Shown here one piece after another: positions 12,051-22,552 of a DNA stretch of 64,000 nt (positions are counted from its first letter, which is position 1; every line of letters starts with the position of its first letter). The translations under genes were made by a program, and so were the position numbers. The notes under the pieces were generated by a model, which did no database searches, was not told the DNA's origin, and worked only from the letters and a program-made list of their open reading frames with translations. This DNA comes from Pasteurellaceae bacterium (lineage in GTDB: Bacteria; Pseudomonadota; Gammaproteobacteria; Enterobacterales; Pasteurellaceae). The stretch is from contig JAUNAB010000003.1 in NCBI GenBank assembly GCA_030527795.1, positions 53,959-117,958 of the forward strand, read 5' to 3'.

Positions 12051-13721
12051 ATGAACACCCTTTCTCAATTTATTCAATTAATTCGTCCTTATTGGTTACG
12101 CCCTAAACAGTGGTTGGCGTGGTTGCTCTTGTTCGGTACTTTGAGTGCGAGCTTGGCGATTGTGCAAATTAGTGTGTTAATTAATGAATGGAATAAAGCC
12201 TTTTATGATGCCTTGACTGCTTTTCAAACTGAACTTATTTTGCCATTAATGTGGCAATATTTGGGCTATATTGCCATTGTGGTGTTATTGATTACCGCGG
12301 GCAATTGGTTGCGTAAATTATTGCTTATCCGTTGGCGTACCCATTTAACCCGTGAGCTAGAACAGCAATGGCTAGTTCGGCATCGTTTATATGGCATAGC
12401 AAAACAGCAGATTGTAGATAACCCCGATCAACGTATTACACAAGATAGCTATTTGTTAGCGGAGAAAAGTATTGATTTGGTGAAATACTTTTGTATGAAC
12501 GTGGCGAAGATCATCGCATTCGTGGGGATTTTATGGCAACTTTCAGGTATTCAGCACATTCAATTGGGCGGTATTGAATTGACAATTCAGGGCTATTTAG
12601 TTTGGTTAGCATTGATTTACACAGCAATTTGTAGCTTATTAACCCATGGTATTGGGCGTAAATTAAAGCCGTTAAATGTTGAGAAAGAGAAAGCCGAAGC
12701 AACCTATCGGAGTAGTTTAATTCGCATTAATGATAACGCAGAGCAAATTGCGTTTTATGATGGAGAGAAAACGGAGCAACAACGTTTGATTGCCCATTTC
12801 AACCACATTGTACGCAACTGGCACGCCTTAATGGCACGGGAGTTTAAGTTGGAATCCTTTAGTGCCGCCTATTTACGCATTACGATGCTCATTCCAGTTT
12901 TTGCTGTATTGCCATTGTATTTAATCAAAGCGATTACCTTTGGGGCAATGATGCAAGCCCGCTCGGCATTTAGTTCGGTGCAAGATGGATTTGGTTGGTT
13001 TATGGATTTTTATAAACAGATTATGGAATGGGCGGCGGCGGTGCAACGATTGAGTGAATTTAAACAATCCCTTAATGCGTTAACGAAAAATGAAAACGCG
13101 ATCATTCAGCAGGGGCAACAGTTACAATGTGAGCAGGTGCAAGCCTATTTATCGCCTACACAACCTCTATTTCAGCCCGTAAATTTACGTTTAATGCCAG
13201 GGCAATGGTTACAGTTGCAAGGGGATAGTGGCGTGGGGAAAAGCACCTTTTTGCGAATTTTAGCTGGACTATGGCAAGATTATCAAGGAACAGTTATTTT
13301 ACCCGTGGGCAAAATATGCTTTGTTCCGCAAAAAGCCTATTTAGCCAAAGATCGTTTGGCAAATGTGTTGTGCTATCCGCAAACCGCGGTCAAAAATGCT
13401 GCCGTTTTTTGCCGTATTTTGACCGCGGTAGGCTTGCCACATTTAATTGATGAACTTGAACAAGAAAAAGATTGGGGGCAAGTTTTATCTGGGGGAGAGC
13501 AACAACGCATTGCCTTTGCTCGTTTGTTACTCAATCAGCCCGATTTTATTTGTATGGATGAAAGCACTAATCAGCTTGATATTTTATCGGCACGTTATTT
13601 GTTAAACTTACTACGCCAAATGCTGCCAAATTGCACCTTGATTGCGATTACACATCAACCTGAGTTGAACGAACTCTTTGAGCAACAAGTAGAATTAATA
13701 AAAATCAGCGAAGGGACGTGA
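12051..13721 (+). CDS. Fused permease-ATPase ABC transporter of the YddA/SbmA-BacA family
   Basis: N-terminal multi-TM SbmA-like domain, Walker A GDSGVGKST and ABC signature LSGGEQQRIAFARLL. Being adjacent to a TonB receptor mirrors E. coli yddA-yddB. Confidence 0.75.
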   Translation: MNTLSQFIQLIRPYWLRPKQWLAWLLLFGTLSASLAIVQISVLINEWNKAFYDALTAFQTELILPLMWQYLGYIAIVVLLITAGNWLRKLLLIRWRTHLTRELEQQWLVRHRLYGIAKQQIVDNPDQRITQDSYLLAEKSIDLVKYFCMNVAKIIAFVGILWQLSGIQHIQLGGIELTIQGYLVWLALIYTAICSLLTHGIGRKLKPLNVEKEKAEATYRSSLIRINDNAEQIAFYDGEKTEQQRLIAHFNHIVRNWHALMAREFKLESFSAAYLRITMLIPVFAVLPLYLIKAITFGAMMQARSAFSSVQDGFGWFMDFYKQIMEWAAAVQRLSEFKQSLNALTKNENAIIQQGQQLQCEQVQAYLSPTQPLFQPVNLRLMPGQWLQLQGDSGVGKSTFLRILAGLWQDYQGTVILPVGKICFVPQKAYLAKDRLANVLCYPQTAVKNAAVFCRILTAVGLPHLIDELEQEKDWGQVLSGGEQQRIAFARLLLNQPDFICMDESTNQLDILSARYLLNLLRQMLPNCTLIAITHQPELNELFEQQVELIKISEGT

Positions 13722-13764
13722 AACTTGCTATAATCGCCCTTCCTATGATTAACGATGGAAGAGT

Positions 13765-14631
13765 ATGAAACAATTAAGCTATTGGCAACGCGTGAAAGTT
13801 GCTTTTCAATATGTAATGCCCCAACAGTATTTAACCCAGTTGGCAGGTTGGTTTGCAAAACAAAAATGGGGCAAAGTTACCCATTTTGTGATTAAGCTAT
13901 TTGCACAAAAATATAAAGTGGATATGCGTGAAGCGAAATTAGAACAATATAGCGATTATGCTAGTTTTAACGAGTTTTTTATCCGCGAGTTAAAAGAGGG
14001 CGTACGTCCGATTGATGATAATCCAAACACGCTTTGCCAGCCAGCAGATGGGCGAATCAGCCAATGCGGTCGCATTGATGAAGAATTATTATTGCAAGCG
14101 AAAGGGCATTTTTTTAGCCTAAGCGATTTATTGGCCAATGATCAAGAATTAGTTGATACCTTTAAAAACGGCACTTTCGCCACCACTTATCTTTCACCGC
14201 GCGATTATCATCGTGTGCATATGCCTTGTGATGGCACATTGCGTAAGATGTTATATGTGTCTGGTGAATTGTTCTCGGTTAACCCTTTTCTCGCTGAACA
14301 CGTTCCAAATTTATTTGCACGCAATGAACGCGTGATTTGTGTATTTGATACAGCATTTGGACCAATGGTACAAATTCTGGTTGGAGCAACTATTACCGCA
14401 AGTATCAGCGTGCAATGGGAAGGGGTGATTAATCCACCGCGGTCGCAAGAGATAAAAACTTGGGATTATGATGGTTCAATTAAATTGGAGAAAGGTGCAC
14501 AAATGGGGGCATTCCAATTAGGTTCAACCGTAATTAATCTTTTCGTGAAAGATGCGGTTCAGTTAGCGGAGCAGTTAACTGTGGATACGGTAACTAAAGT
14601 GGGCGAGATCCTTGCTCAAGGTTCTAAATAA
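13765..14631 (+). CDS. psd: Phosphatidylserine decarboxylase proenzyme
   Basis: [17 protein letters not shown]... and the conserved LGST self-cleavage motif ([13 protein letters not shown]). Confidence 0.9.
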   Translation: MKQLSYWQRVKVAFQYVMPQQYLTQLAGWFAKQKWGKVTHFVIKLFAQKYKVDMREAKLEQYSDYASFNEFFIRELKEGVRPIDDNPNTLCQPADGRISQCGRIDEELLLQAKGHFFSLSDLLANDQELVDTFKNGTFATTYLSPRDYHRVHMPCDGTLRKMLYVSGELFSVNPFLAEHVPNLFARNERVICVFDTAFGPMVQILVGATITASISVQWEGVINPPRSQEIKTWDYDGSIKLEKGAQMGAFQLGSTVINLFVKDAVQLAEQLTVDTVTKVGEILAQGSK

Positions 14632-14645
14632 TAAAAGGAAACAAA

Positions 14646-15278
14646 ATGACAAAACAATTTTTTGAACAAATTCAATTAGAAACCACTCAAGCTAAAGGTG
14701 GCTATGGCGTGGGTTTACAAATTGGGCAACAATTAGTAGATAGCGGTTTGGATGTGAAGCCTGAAGCGGTGGCAAAAGGCATCTACGATATGTTAAATGG
14801 CAACAAACCTGCGATTGACTTTAATGAAGTGACAAGTGCGTTACAAACTTTGCAACAACAAGCACAACAGGCTCAGCAAGCACAATTTAAAGCGATTGCA
14901 GAAGCAGGCGAAGCCTATCTTGCAGATAATGCACAAAAAGATGGGGTAACGGTGACGGATAGCGGTTTACAATATGAAATTTTGACTAAAGGTGAGGGGA
15001 AAGTGCCAACACGCAATGATAAAGTGCGTGTGCATTATACGGGTGAATTAATTGATGGCACCGTATTTGATAGCTCTGTTGCTCGTGGTCAACCAGCCGA
15101 ATTCCCTGTTACTGGCGTGATTGCGGGCTGGGTTGAAGCATTGCAATTAATGCCTGTTGGTTCAAAATGGCGTTTAACCATTCCATCTAACTTAGCTTAT
15201 GGTGAACGTGGTGCAGGTGCCTCTATTCCGCCATTTAGCACATTAGTCTTTGAAGTAGAATTGCTTGATATCGTTTAA
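14646..15278 (+). CDS. fklB: FKBP-type peptidyl-prolyl cis-trans isomerase
   Basis: The C-terminal FKBP domain reads [37 protein letters not shown]. Confidence 0.85.
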   Translation: MTKQFFEQIQLETTQAKGGYGVGLQIGQQLVDSGLDVKPEAVAKGIYDMLNGNKPAIDFNEVTSALQTLQQQAQQAQQAQFKAIAEAGEAYLADNAQKDGVTVTDSGLQYEILTKGEGKVPTRNDKVRVHYTGELIDGTVFDSSVARGQPAEFPVTGVIAGWVEALQLMPVGSKWRLTIPSNLAYGERGAGASIPPFSTLVFEVELLDIV

Positions 15279-15305
15279 TCAGCGTTAATAATTAATAAAT
15301 AAGAC

Positions 15306-15352
15306 TAAAAAACCGCGGTCAAAAAAACGTTTGAATTTTTGACCGCGGTTTT
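15306..15352. terminator. Bidirectional USS-like pair terminator between convergent fklB and oapB
   Basis: aaaaaaccgcggtcaaaaaaacgtttgaatttttgaccgcggtttt. Confidence 0.65.
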
Positions 15353-15354
15353 AT

Positions 15355-15759
15355 TTATGGCTGTTTTACGCAATTTTCTGCGAGAACCACGCCAACGATG
15401 GTGGACAGTTTACCCGTATAATTTTGCATTTCCCATTGCCAATGAATGTTGGTGTATTTCTTTCCAATTTCAGCAACGGTTGGCCGCAATTTTTCGCTGA
15501 TATTGGCATAGGTTAATGTCAGCACTTCGGCTGTTTTATTCTTGCTATTTTTGCGTACAACTTGTACCACTTTTACTTCTTTATGATCGTGACAACGATA
15601 TCGGGTTGTCACGCCTTTTTGTGTCGTTTTCTCTAAGTCTTGCACAGTTTGTGCTTTCACACGATTGTGTTCGGTTTCAAGCGGTTTGACTTCAACAACA
15701 CAAGCATTTAATGAACAGATTGCCAATAAATGACAGACAAGAAAAGTGGTACGTTTCAA
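15355..15759 (-). CDS. oapB: Opacity-associated lipoprotein OapB
   Basis: 134 aa with a lipobox LNAC. It lies immediately downstream of oapA, as in H. influenzae. Confidence 0.7.
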   Translation of the reverse strand: MKRTTFLVCHLLAICSLNACVVEVKPLETEHNRVKAQTVQDLEKTTQKGVTTRYRCHDHKEVKVVQVVRKNSKNKTAEVLTLTYANISEKLRPTVAEIGKKYTNIHWQWEMQNYTGKLSTIVGVVLAENCVKQP

Positions 15760-15769
15760 ATTTTAGTCC

Positions 15770-17263
15770 TTATTTGCTGTATTTATAAGTGCCGTCCGCT
15801 TGGCGAATAAAGGTTTCGCCTGTTGGTAAGCGCATTGTGCTAACACGACCTTCACCATTTAGGCTCACTTGGACTTTGTCGCCAGCTTTGAAATTGCTTA
15901 ATGCGTTGCCTACACCATTCGCTTTGGTCATTGCATTGACATCACGGATATCCAATTTATTATCACGGAATACTTGGAATAAACTGGTGCTAGCAGGTAC
16001 TGTCAAGGTTTTACTACTCACGCTTTGGCTAGTTTTTGCAGGCTCAACTGTATTGGCAGGTGAAGCCGATTGAACTGGTGCTTGGCTATGCACTGTCGCA
16101 GGTTTGGCATCCACAACTGGTACGCCTGTTGTTTTTACAGGAGGCGTTGTTTTAGCTGGTGCAGTCTGTGCTTTGACTAACGTTGGTGCAGGTTTCGCTT
16201 TAACTTGCTCTACTTTTTGTATTTTAGCTTCCTCAGTTTTCGCTTCTGCTTTCACGTTGTTTGAACGTTGTGCAGCAAGATGTTCACGTGCTTTTTCTTG
16301 CTGTTCTTTTAACATTGCGGCGTGGGCTTCTTTTGCTTCACGCACTTTTTCTGCATTACGACGTTCAGCATCAACATCACGAGCTGGAGTTTTGTTCGTG
16401 TTAATTGTGCTATTGTCGGTGCTATTCTCAGTTAAAGCTTGCGTCACATCACTTGGTGATTTAATGCTTTCAACGGGTGCCGTAGTGTTTGACGTTGGTG
16501 CAACAGGTTGTTGTGCTGTGACCGCGGTCTGTGTTGAATTTGAATTTTCATTAGTTTGTTGATCTGCTTGAGCGGTGCTTGTCGTTGATTGTGGCGTTAC
16601 AATGTTTGCACTATCCGCATTTTCAACAGGTTTATTTGGATCGAGTGATTGGAATTCAATCGGCATTGGATTGCTATTATTAGCTTGTTGGTAGTCATTA
16701 ACTGTATCTGAACTTGGTTTTAACCACCAAAGCCCAAGTAATGCTAAGACGACAACTGCCAAAACAATAAATAAACGACGATGTTTTGGCGGAAGTTTTT
16801 GCATTGCTGCCCAATTTTCTGGATTTTTCATTTTTACTTTATTTGTGGCACTATCTTTTGCACTGCTTGATTCAGGAATAATCCGTTCAGGCTTAACGGG
16901 TTCAGCTGGGGCACTTTCTACTTTCTGCGTTTGAGCTGCATTTGCGTTTGTTTGAGCCGTTGCCATTCCTGCTGTTGTGGCACTGGTTGCCGTTGCACTG
17001 ACATTTTCCACAACGGTTTGGGATGCTTGCGAAGAAGTTGTTGCTGACGTTTGAACGCTAGACTGCGGCGTAGTGTTGTCGGTTGTGCCAAATGTTGGTT
17101 CTTTACGAATATGGAACGGGGTTGGTTCATTGTATTCTTTACGACCAAAGAAACCTTTGGCTTTTTCTAGCACATCAGGTTTGATAGGTTTGTTGAGTGA
17201 AATATCTTGTAAATCAAGATCTAATTCATTCTGTGATGGTTTATTTTCAGGATTATTATCCAC
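15770..17263 (-). CDS. oapA: Opacity-associated protein OapA (YtfB homolog)
   Basis: N-terminal cytoplasmic region, a single TM (RRLFIVLAVVVLALLGLWWL), a long low-complexity S/T/A/Q-rich linker and a C-terminal OapA domain. Confidence 0.8.
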   Translation of the reverse strand: MDNNPENKPSQNELDLDLQDISLNKPIKPDVLEKAKGFFGRKEYNEPTPFHIRKEPTFGTTDNTTPQSSVQTSATTSSQASQTVVENVSATATSATTAGMATAQTNANAAQTQKVESAPAEPVKPERIIPESSSAKDSATNKVKMKNPENWAAMQKLPPKHRRLFIVLAVVVLALLGLWWLKPSSDTVNDYQQANNSNPMPIEFQSLDPNKPVENADSANIVTPQSTTSTAQADQQTNENSNSTQTAVTAQQPVAPTSNTTAPVESIKSPSDVTQALTENSTDNSTINTNKTPARDVDAERRNAEKVREAKEAHAAMLKEQQEKAREHLAAQRSNNVKAEAKTEEAKIQKVEQVKAKPAPTLVKAQTAPAKTTPPVKTTGVPVVDAKPATVHSQAPVQSASPANTVEPAKTSQSVSSKTLTVPASTSLFQVFRDNKLDIRDVNAMTKANGVGNALSNFKAGDKVQVSLNGEGRVSTMRLPTGETFIRQADGTYKYSK

Positions 17264-17367
17264 GATATACCTCTAAACTAAGCGATTTAACTGATTAAAC
17301 CGCGGTTGAAAATAACGTGATTTTTGACCGCGGTTGGACTAAAAATTTCAAGGGCGAAAAATTGCCA

Positions 17368-18402
17368 CTATTTTATAAGATCTTGTGCATTATATAAAGT
17401 TTTATTCGGTTCATTTGCTATTTCTCTTGCTAATTTTGGCACCAAATACCCTGAAGTTAGGGCTTGTAATTCTTGATAGATTGCCGCTGCATCGTGATCA
17501 GGAATGAAAAAATGGCTTGCACCTTCAACTTTATCGAGCAAATGTAAATAATAAGGGAGAATACCCGTCTCAAATAATTTATCGCTTAGCTGTTTTAAGG
17601 TTAACGCATTGTCATTAACCCCTTTGAGTAGCACAGATTGGTTAAGCAAGGTAATGCCGTGTTCTTTTAATTTTTGCATGGCTTGAGCTAATAGGGGGTC
17701 GATCTCATTGGCGTGATTAATATGCGTAACAACAACCGTGGCTAAACGGCTATTGGCAAGCAGTTGGCATAGATCATTAGTAATACGTTGTGGGATCACA
17801 ACGGGCAAACGGGTGTGGATACGCAAGCGTTTTAAATGGGGAATATTTTCAAGTTCAGCAATTAACCACGCTAGTTCGTGATCTTTTGCCATTAAAGGAT
17901 CGCCACCAGAAAAAATCACTTCTTCAATTTCGGAACGGCTTGCAATATACGAGAGTGCTTGTTGCCAATTGGTTTTATTTCCCTTGTTATCAGAATAGGG
18001 AAAATGACGGCGAAAGCAATAACGGCAATTAATGGCACAACCCCCTTTGACCATTAACAGCAGTCTGTTGTGGTATTTGTGTAGCACATTTGGTGCTGCG
18101 GTGTGTTGTTCTTCTAGTGGATCTTGGGTAAAACCATCAGCAAGGATAAATTCATTTTGCGATGTCATCACTTGCAAAAAAAGGGGATCTTGTGGATTGC
18201 CTTTTTCCATTTTATCAATAAAAGGTTGTGGCACTCGCATTGCAAATAAACGGCGAGCGGCAAGATCATTGGCAAAGTTTTCTAGGGGTAAATTTAATTT
18301 TTCTAAGAGTTTTTTCGGATCTGAGACAGAATTTGCAAGAATTTCTAGCCAATTAGCTTCTCTAATTAGGGTATTTTGAGTTAAAATGCTCACTTTTATC
18401 AA
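17368..18402 (-). CDS. epmB: EF-P beta-lysylation radical-SAM protein (lysine 2,3-aminomutase-like)
   Basis: [11 protein letters not shown] radical SAM motif. It is collinear with E. coli EpmB/YjeK and divergent from efp. Confidence 0.9.
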   Translation of the reverse strand: MIKVSILTQNTLIREANWLEILANSVSDPKKLLEKLNLPLENFANDLAARRLFAMRVPQPFIDKMEKGNPQDPLFLQVMTSQNEFILADGFTQDPLEEQHTAAPNVLHKYHNRLLLMVKGGCAINCRYCFRRHFPYSDNKGNKTNWQQALSYIASRSEIEEVIFSGGDPLMAKDHELAWLIAELENIPHLKRLRIHTRLPVVIPQRITNDLCQLLANSRLATVVVTHINHANEIDPLLAQAMQKLKEHGITLLNQSVLLKGVNDNALTLKQLSDKLFETGILPYYLHLLDKVEGASHFFIPDHDAAAIYQELQALTSGYLVPKLAREIANEPNKTLYNAQDLIK

Positions 18403-18428
18403 CTAGCTCTATCAAAATTGAGGATAAT

Positions 18429-18995
18429 ATGGCTACATATACTACCAGTGATTTCAAACCAGGTCTAAAATTTATGCAAGATGGCGAACCTTGCGTTATC
18501 GTAGAAAATGAATTTGTTAAACCAGGTAAAGGACAAGCATTTACCCGCACACGTATTCGTAAATTAATTTCAGGCAAAGTACTAGACGTTAACTTTAAAT
18601 CAGGCACATCTGTTGAAGCGGCGGATGTGATGGATCTTAACTTAAACTATTCTTACAAAGATGAAGCATTCTGGTATTTTATGCACCCAGAAACCTTTGA
18701 ACAATATTCCGCCGATGCCAAAGCGATTGGCGATGCAGAAAAATGGTTGCTTGATCAAGCTGAATGTATCGTAACTTTATGGAATGGTACGCCGATCTCA
18801 ATTACTCCACCAAATTTCGTTGAATTAGAAATCGTTGATACGGATCCAGGTTTGAAAGGGGATACTGCAGGAACAGGTGGCAAACCTGCGACATTAAGCA
18901 CGGGTGCGGTGGTAAAAGTGCCACTTTTCGTTCAAATTGGCGAAGTGATTAAGGTTGATACCCGCTCTGGTGAATACGTTTCTCGTGTAAAATAA
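18429..18995 (+). CDS. efp: Elongation factor P
   Basis: [46 protein letters not shown]. Confidence 0.95.
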   Translation: MATYTTSDFKPGLKFMQDGEPCVIVENEFVKPGKGQAFTRTRIRKLISGKVLDVNFKSGTSVEAADVMDLNLNYSYKDEAFWYFMHPETFEQYSADAKAIGDAEKWLLDQAECIVTLWNGTPISITPPNFVELEIVDTDPGLKGDTAGTGGKPATLSTGAVVKVPLFVQIGEVIKVDTRSGEYVSRVK

Positions 18996-19054
18996 TTTTG
19001 TAAATTGGCGCACTTTTTAAGGGCGCTAATTTTTTCTCTTATTTAGAAAATATT

Positions 19055-20701
19055 ATGGAATATATTGTTCTTGCCTTATTAAGCCTAACGGCATTCATCT
19101 TTATTTATAATTCGCATTATAAATGGACGTATTTATTTGCGATTTCATTATTTGCACTCTTTTTTGGTTTAATGTTAATGCTAAGTGCGCAATGGCAACG
19201 AGCATTAAATTTTAGTGCAGTATTATTTATTATTTTGATGCTCTTCCACCGTTTAAAAATTCATTATTATAAGCAACCGTTGTTGATTTCTGATTTTTGG
19301 CTTTCTTTTGATCCGCGGAATTGGGAAACGTTATTGCATTATAAAGGGGCATTATATGGCGTGATTGGATTATTTGCACTGTTAGGCTATGGTGTTATGG
19401 GGTGGTCATCCGCGGAAAGTTTACCTTCTTGGGTACGATTAGCTGGATTTACGCTGATGTTCATTGCTGGCTATTTGATAGTGCATTACAGTAAAAATCC
19501 CGATGCAATTAAAGTATGGCTTGACTCTTTGCCTGATGATGGGCGAGATGTGTTCTTAAATATTCCGATATCTTGTCGTGGTGTATGGTTTAAAGTGCCT
19601 GAGTTTACTGGCGATTCAGACTATTTTAGGCAAAAAATGGCAACCCTTTCAGCTTACCCAATCAGTGAGCAAAAGCCCGATATCGTGGCGTTTTTATGCG
19701 AATCTACCTGTAATCCGCATCAATTTGATCTAAAAAATGCAATGTTGCCGCCATTGGCAATGTTTGAATCTCAGTCAAATTGCTTATTTCATAGCCCTTT
19801 GCGTGTGCATACTTATGCAGGGGCAACGTGGATGTCTGAATTCGCTTTTTTAGGTGGCGTGCCGTCCACAGATTTTGGGGCAATGGCAAGCTCCGTTTTT
19901 TATTCTGTCGCACCGCATTTACGTGTGAGTTTTCTCAAAAGTTTACAAGCTCAAGGATATTACTGCGTGGCACTTTCTCCTTTTACCAAGGGAAATTACA
20001 ATGCCAAACAAGCCTATGATCACCTTGGTATTGATTTAATGCTACAACCACAAGATTTAGGTTATCCTGCACCGAAGGGCAAAAATCTATGGCATATTAG
20101 TAGTCAAGAAATGGTTGATTACGCGAAACAAATCCTTGAGCGAAAAAGTATTCCTGCATTGGCACAATTTGATAAACCGTTATTTGTGTATGTGTTAACG
20201 ATGCGTGAACACGGGCCTTATCAGCACAATGTTGCAGACACTTATCAAATCGCACAATCAGGCTTTAATGCACTGGCAACCAGTGAAATTAATGATTATA
20301 TCAATCGCCTTGTAGATTTAGATAAAGCGATAACGGATTTGGACGATTACTTACAACAGCGGAATCAACCCTATGTGTTTGCCTATTTTGGCGATCATCA
20401 AGTTGGATTAGGTGGGCAAATGATGCCAATGAAATATACCTATCCACAACCCAATTATGTCACGCAATTTACAGTGCGTTCTAATCTCAATAATGGATTT
20501 TCTCAACAACAATCTTTTATTGATTTAGCACAAGCTGGTGGCGTAATACTCGAAATCGCGGGCATAAAAACCGATGAATTTATGCAGGCAAATATCGCAA
20601 TGCGTAAACTCAGCAAATATGGTTTGCAAGATTGTGATGATCCTACATTATTAAATAGCTACCGCCATTATCTTTATACGGATTTAAAAATAGTACAATA
20701 A
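19055..20701 (+). CDS. Membrane-anchored alkaline-phosphatase-superfamily enzyme, either a phosphoethanolamine/phosphoglycerol transferase or an LTA-synthase-like sulfatase-family protein
   Basis: About 5 N-terminal TM helices and then a soluble domain of about 400 aa with FLCEST and YFGDHQ motifs. These are reminiscent of the nucleophile and metal-binding DH motifs of EptA/LtaS/sulfatases. Confidence 0.5.
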   Translation: MEYIVLALLSLTAFIFIYNSHYKWTYLFAISLFALFFGLMLMLSAQWQRALNFSAVLFIILMLFHRLKIHYYKQPLLISDFWLSFDPRNWETLLHYKGALYGVIGLFALLGYGVMGWSSAESLPSWVRLAGFTLMFIAGYLIVHYSKNPDAIKVWLDSLPDDGRDVFLNIPISCRGVWFKVPEFTGDSDYFRQKMATLSAYPISEQKPDIVAFLCESTCNPHQFDLKNAMLPPLAMFESQSNCLFHSPLRVHTYAGATWMSEFAFLGGVPSTDFGAMASSVFYSVAPHLRVSFLKSLQAQGYYCVALSPFTKGNYNAKQAYDHLGIDLMLQPQDLGYPAPKGKNLWHISSQEMVDYAKQILERKSIPALAQFDKPLFVYVLTMREHGPYQHNVADTYQIAQSGFNALATSEINDYINRLVDLDKAITDLDDYLQQRNQPYVFAYFGDHQVGLGGQMMPMKYTYPQPNYVTQFTVRSNLNNGFSQQQSFIDLAQAGGVILEIAGIKTDEFMQANIAMRKLSKYGLQDCDDPTLLNSYRHYLYTDLKIVQ

Positions 20702-20717
20702 TTAAAAAACAAAGGAA

Positions 20718-20757
20718 TTTTAGACCGCGGTTTTGGGGATAAACCGCGGTCTAAAAT
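20718..20757. terminator. USS-like inverted pair (ttttagaccgcggttttggggataaaccgcggtctaaaat), bidirectional
   Basis: Inverted repeat lying between convergent genes. Confidence 0.55.
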
Positions 20758-20789
20758 TTATAATTATGTTTGTATAAAAATCTATGGTA

Positions 20790-21650
20790 TTAAAACAGTT
20801 CTAATGCTTTTGCGACAATATCTTGCGCTGTGAGTTGATAAGTTTTCATCAGAAAATCTAACGTGCCAACTTGCCCATAATGCCCGTTAATTCCTATTCG
20901 ACGCATTGGGGTTGGACAGTTTTCAGCTAAAACTTCAGCGACAGCAGAACCTAATCCATTCTGGATACTGTGGTTTTCACAAGTGATAATCCGACCTGTG
21001 CGTTTTGCATAATCAATAACACATTGAGTATCCAGTGGTTTTAATGTGAACATATCAATGACTGTAGCATCAATGCCTTGCTTGGATAGGATTTCTGCAG
21101 CATTTAATGCTTCTGCCACCATAATGCCATTAGCTATTAACGTTATGTCCTTGCCTTCGCGTAATATTTTTGCTTTACCAATAGTGAATTGTTCATTTTC
21201 GTCATAAATTTTAACTGCATTTTTTCGGATCATACGAATCCAGTAAAAACCCTTTAAGGTAACTAACTGAGGAATCAATTTTCTCATCATTGTGCCATCG
21301 GTAATTTCTAACACATTTGAGTGAGTTAGACCACGGACAATTCCCATATCTTCAAAAGACATATGTGTGCCACCATTGTGTAATGCGGTTACCCCCGCAT
21401 CTGAAGCAATAACTTTTACATTATTTGCTTGGTAATCAACCGACATAAATAATTGGTCCAAACAGCGACGACTCGCAAAGGCAGAAAAAGAATGGAAAAA
21501 AGGGATATGCCCTGCAAGTGATAAACCAGAAGCCATTCCAACGACATTTGCTTCCATTATTCCACAATTAATTACTTGATTTGGCAATAATTTCTGAACT
21601 TTATCCATTGTGACACAACTCATTAAATCAGCATCAAGTTCAATCACCAA
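20790..21650 (-). CDS. Transketolase, C-terminal (pyrimidine-binding) subunit of a split transketolase
   Basis: The translation carries transketolase Pyr and C-terminal domain motifs (GIMEANVVGMASGLS...). Confidence 0.8.
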   Translation of the reverse strand: MVIELDADLMSCVTMDKVQKLLPNQVINCGIMEANVVGMASGLSLAGHIPFFHSFSAFASRRCLDQLFMSVDYQANNVKVIASDAGVTALHNGGTHMSFEDMGIVRGLTHSNVLEITDGTMMRKLIPQLVTLKGFYWIRMIRKNAVKIYDENEQFTIGKAKILREGKDITLIANGIMVAEALNAAEILSKQGIDATVIDMFTLKPLDTQCVIDYAKRTGRIITCENHSIQNGLGSAVAEVLAENCPTPMRRIGINGHYGQVGTLDFLMKTYQLTAQDIVAKALELF

Positions 21651-21713
21651 TGGGTTTTCTCCATTTCTTTTTGTAAGCTCTCAGCGTAAATCTGGCGTAA
21701 CTCTTTTTCATCT

Positions 21714-22541
21714 TTACTCAACATATTTTGCCTCCAATTTATTCATTGCTTGTTCAATTTCTACAAGACTTTGTTGATTAAGCCGTAAATGATGGCAATT
21801 TTTTTGTGCTTCTAAGTAGTCTATACCTTGTCCTTTCTTAGAATGTAAGATCACAACTAATGGCATGTTTTGTTGCCGAGAAGATAGTGTGGAAACTAAT
21901 TTCCCTATATCTGTTGCTTGTACTTCTGCTACTTGAAATCCGAAAGCAGTAAATTTTGCATTAAGATCAAATGGATTAATAATGTCAACAAGATCGCCAT
22001 CAAGTTGCTGTTTGTTATAATCAATAATAATAGTTAGGTTAGTTAATTTCCGATGTGCAATAAATTGGAATGCTTCCCAACATTGCCCTTCATTAAGCTC
22101 GCCATTGCCGGCAATACAAAAAGTCCTATTTGGCATTGAGCGTAATTGGTGTGAAAGTGCTATTCCTGCGGCTATTGATATTCCTTGTCCAAGAGAACCT
22201 GTTGTCGCATCAATACCATTCGTTTTAAGTCTATCAGGGTGACTAGGTAGTGATGTGCCATTTTGATTAAGTGTCAATAGCTGTTCAACTGGAAAGAATC
22301 CTTTTAGAGCAAGTGTAGCATAGAGAGCAGGGCCTCCATGCCCTTTTGATAGTACAAAATAATCTCTCTCTTTCCATTATGCGTTATTTGGGTCAATGTT
22401 CATTACTTTGCCATATAACACTGCAAGAACTTCAACAATGGATAAACTTCCACCAAAATGACCGAAACCAAGGTGAACCAAGGATTTGAGAGTGTGTATC
22501 CGAATATCATTAGCAAATTTTTCTAAATATAAATATTGCAT
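21714..22541 (-). pseudogene. Transketolase N-terminal (TPP-binding) subunit gene interrupted by an in-frame TAA at 22377-22379
   Basis: ATG at 22539-22541 gives MQYLYLEKFANDIRIHTLKSLVHLGFGHFGGSLSIVEVLAVLYGKVMNIDPNNA, then TAA. The same frame continues WKERDYFVLSKGHGGPALYATLALKGF... into the ORF-track fragment 21714..22277. Together they give the expected N-subunit of about 276 aa. Confidence 0.7.
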
Positions 22542-22552
22542 AGTCGTTAACC

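Noticed and set aside
12037-13760. Exact 13 bp repeat atgattaacgatg immediately upstream of both the yddA-like gene and psd
   Set aside because: A single 13-mer coincidence in 64 kb of AT-rich DNA is within chance expectation, and there is no flanking similarity.
15789-16562. Two plus-strand ORFs (94 and 152 aa) inside oapA
   Set aside because: Antisense to the low-complexity oapA linker. The Ala/Ser/Thr-rich translations are an artefact of the repeat composition.
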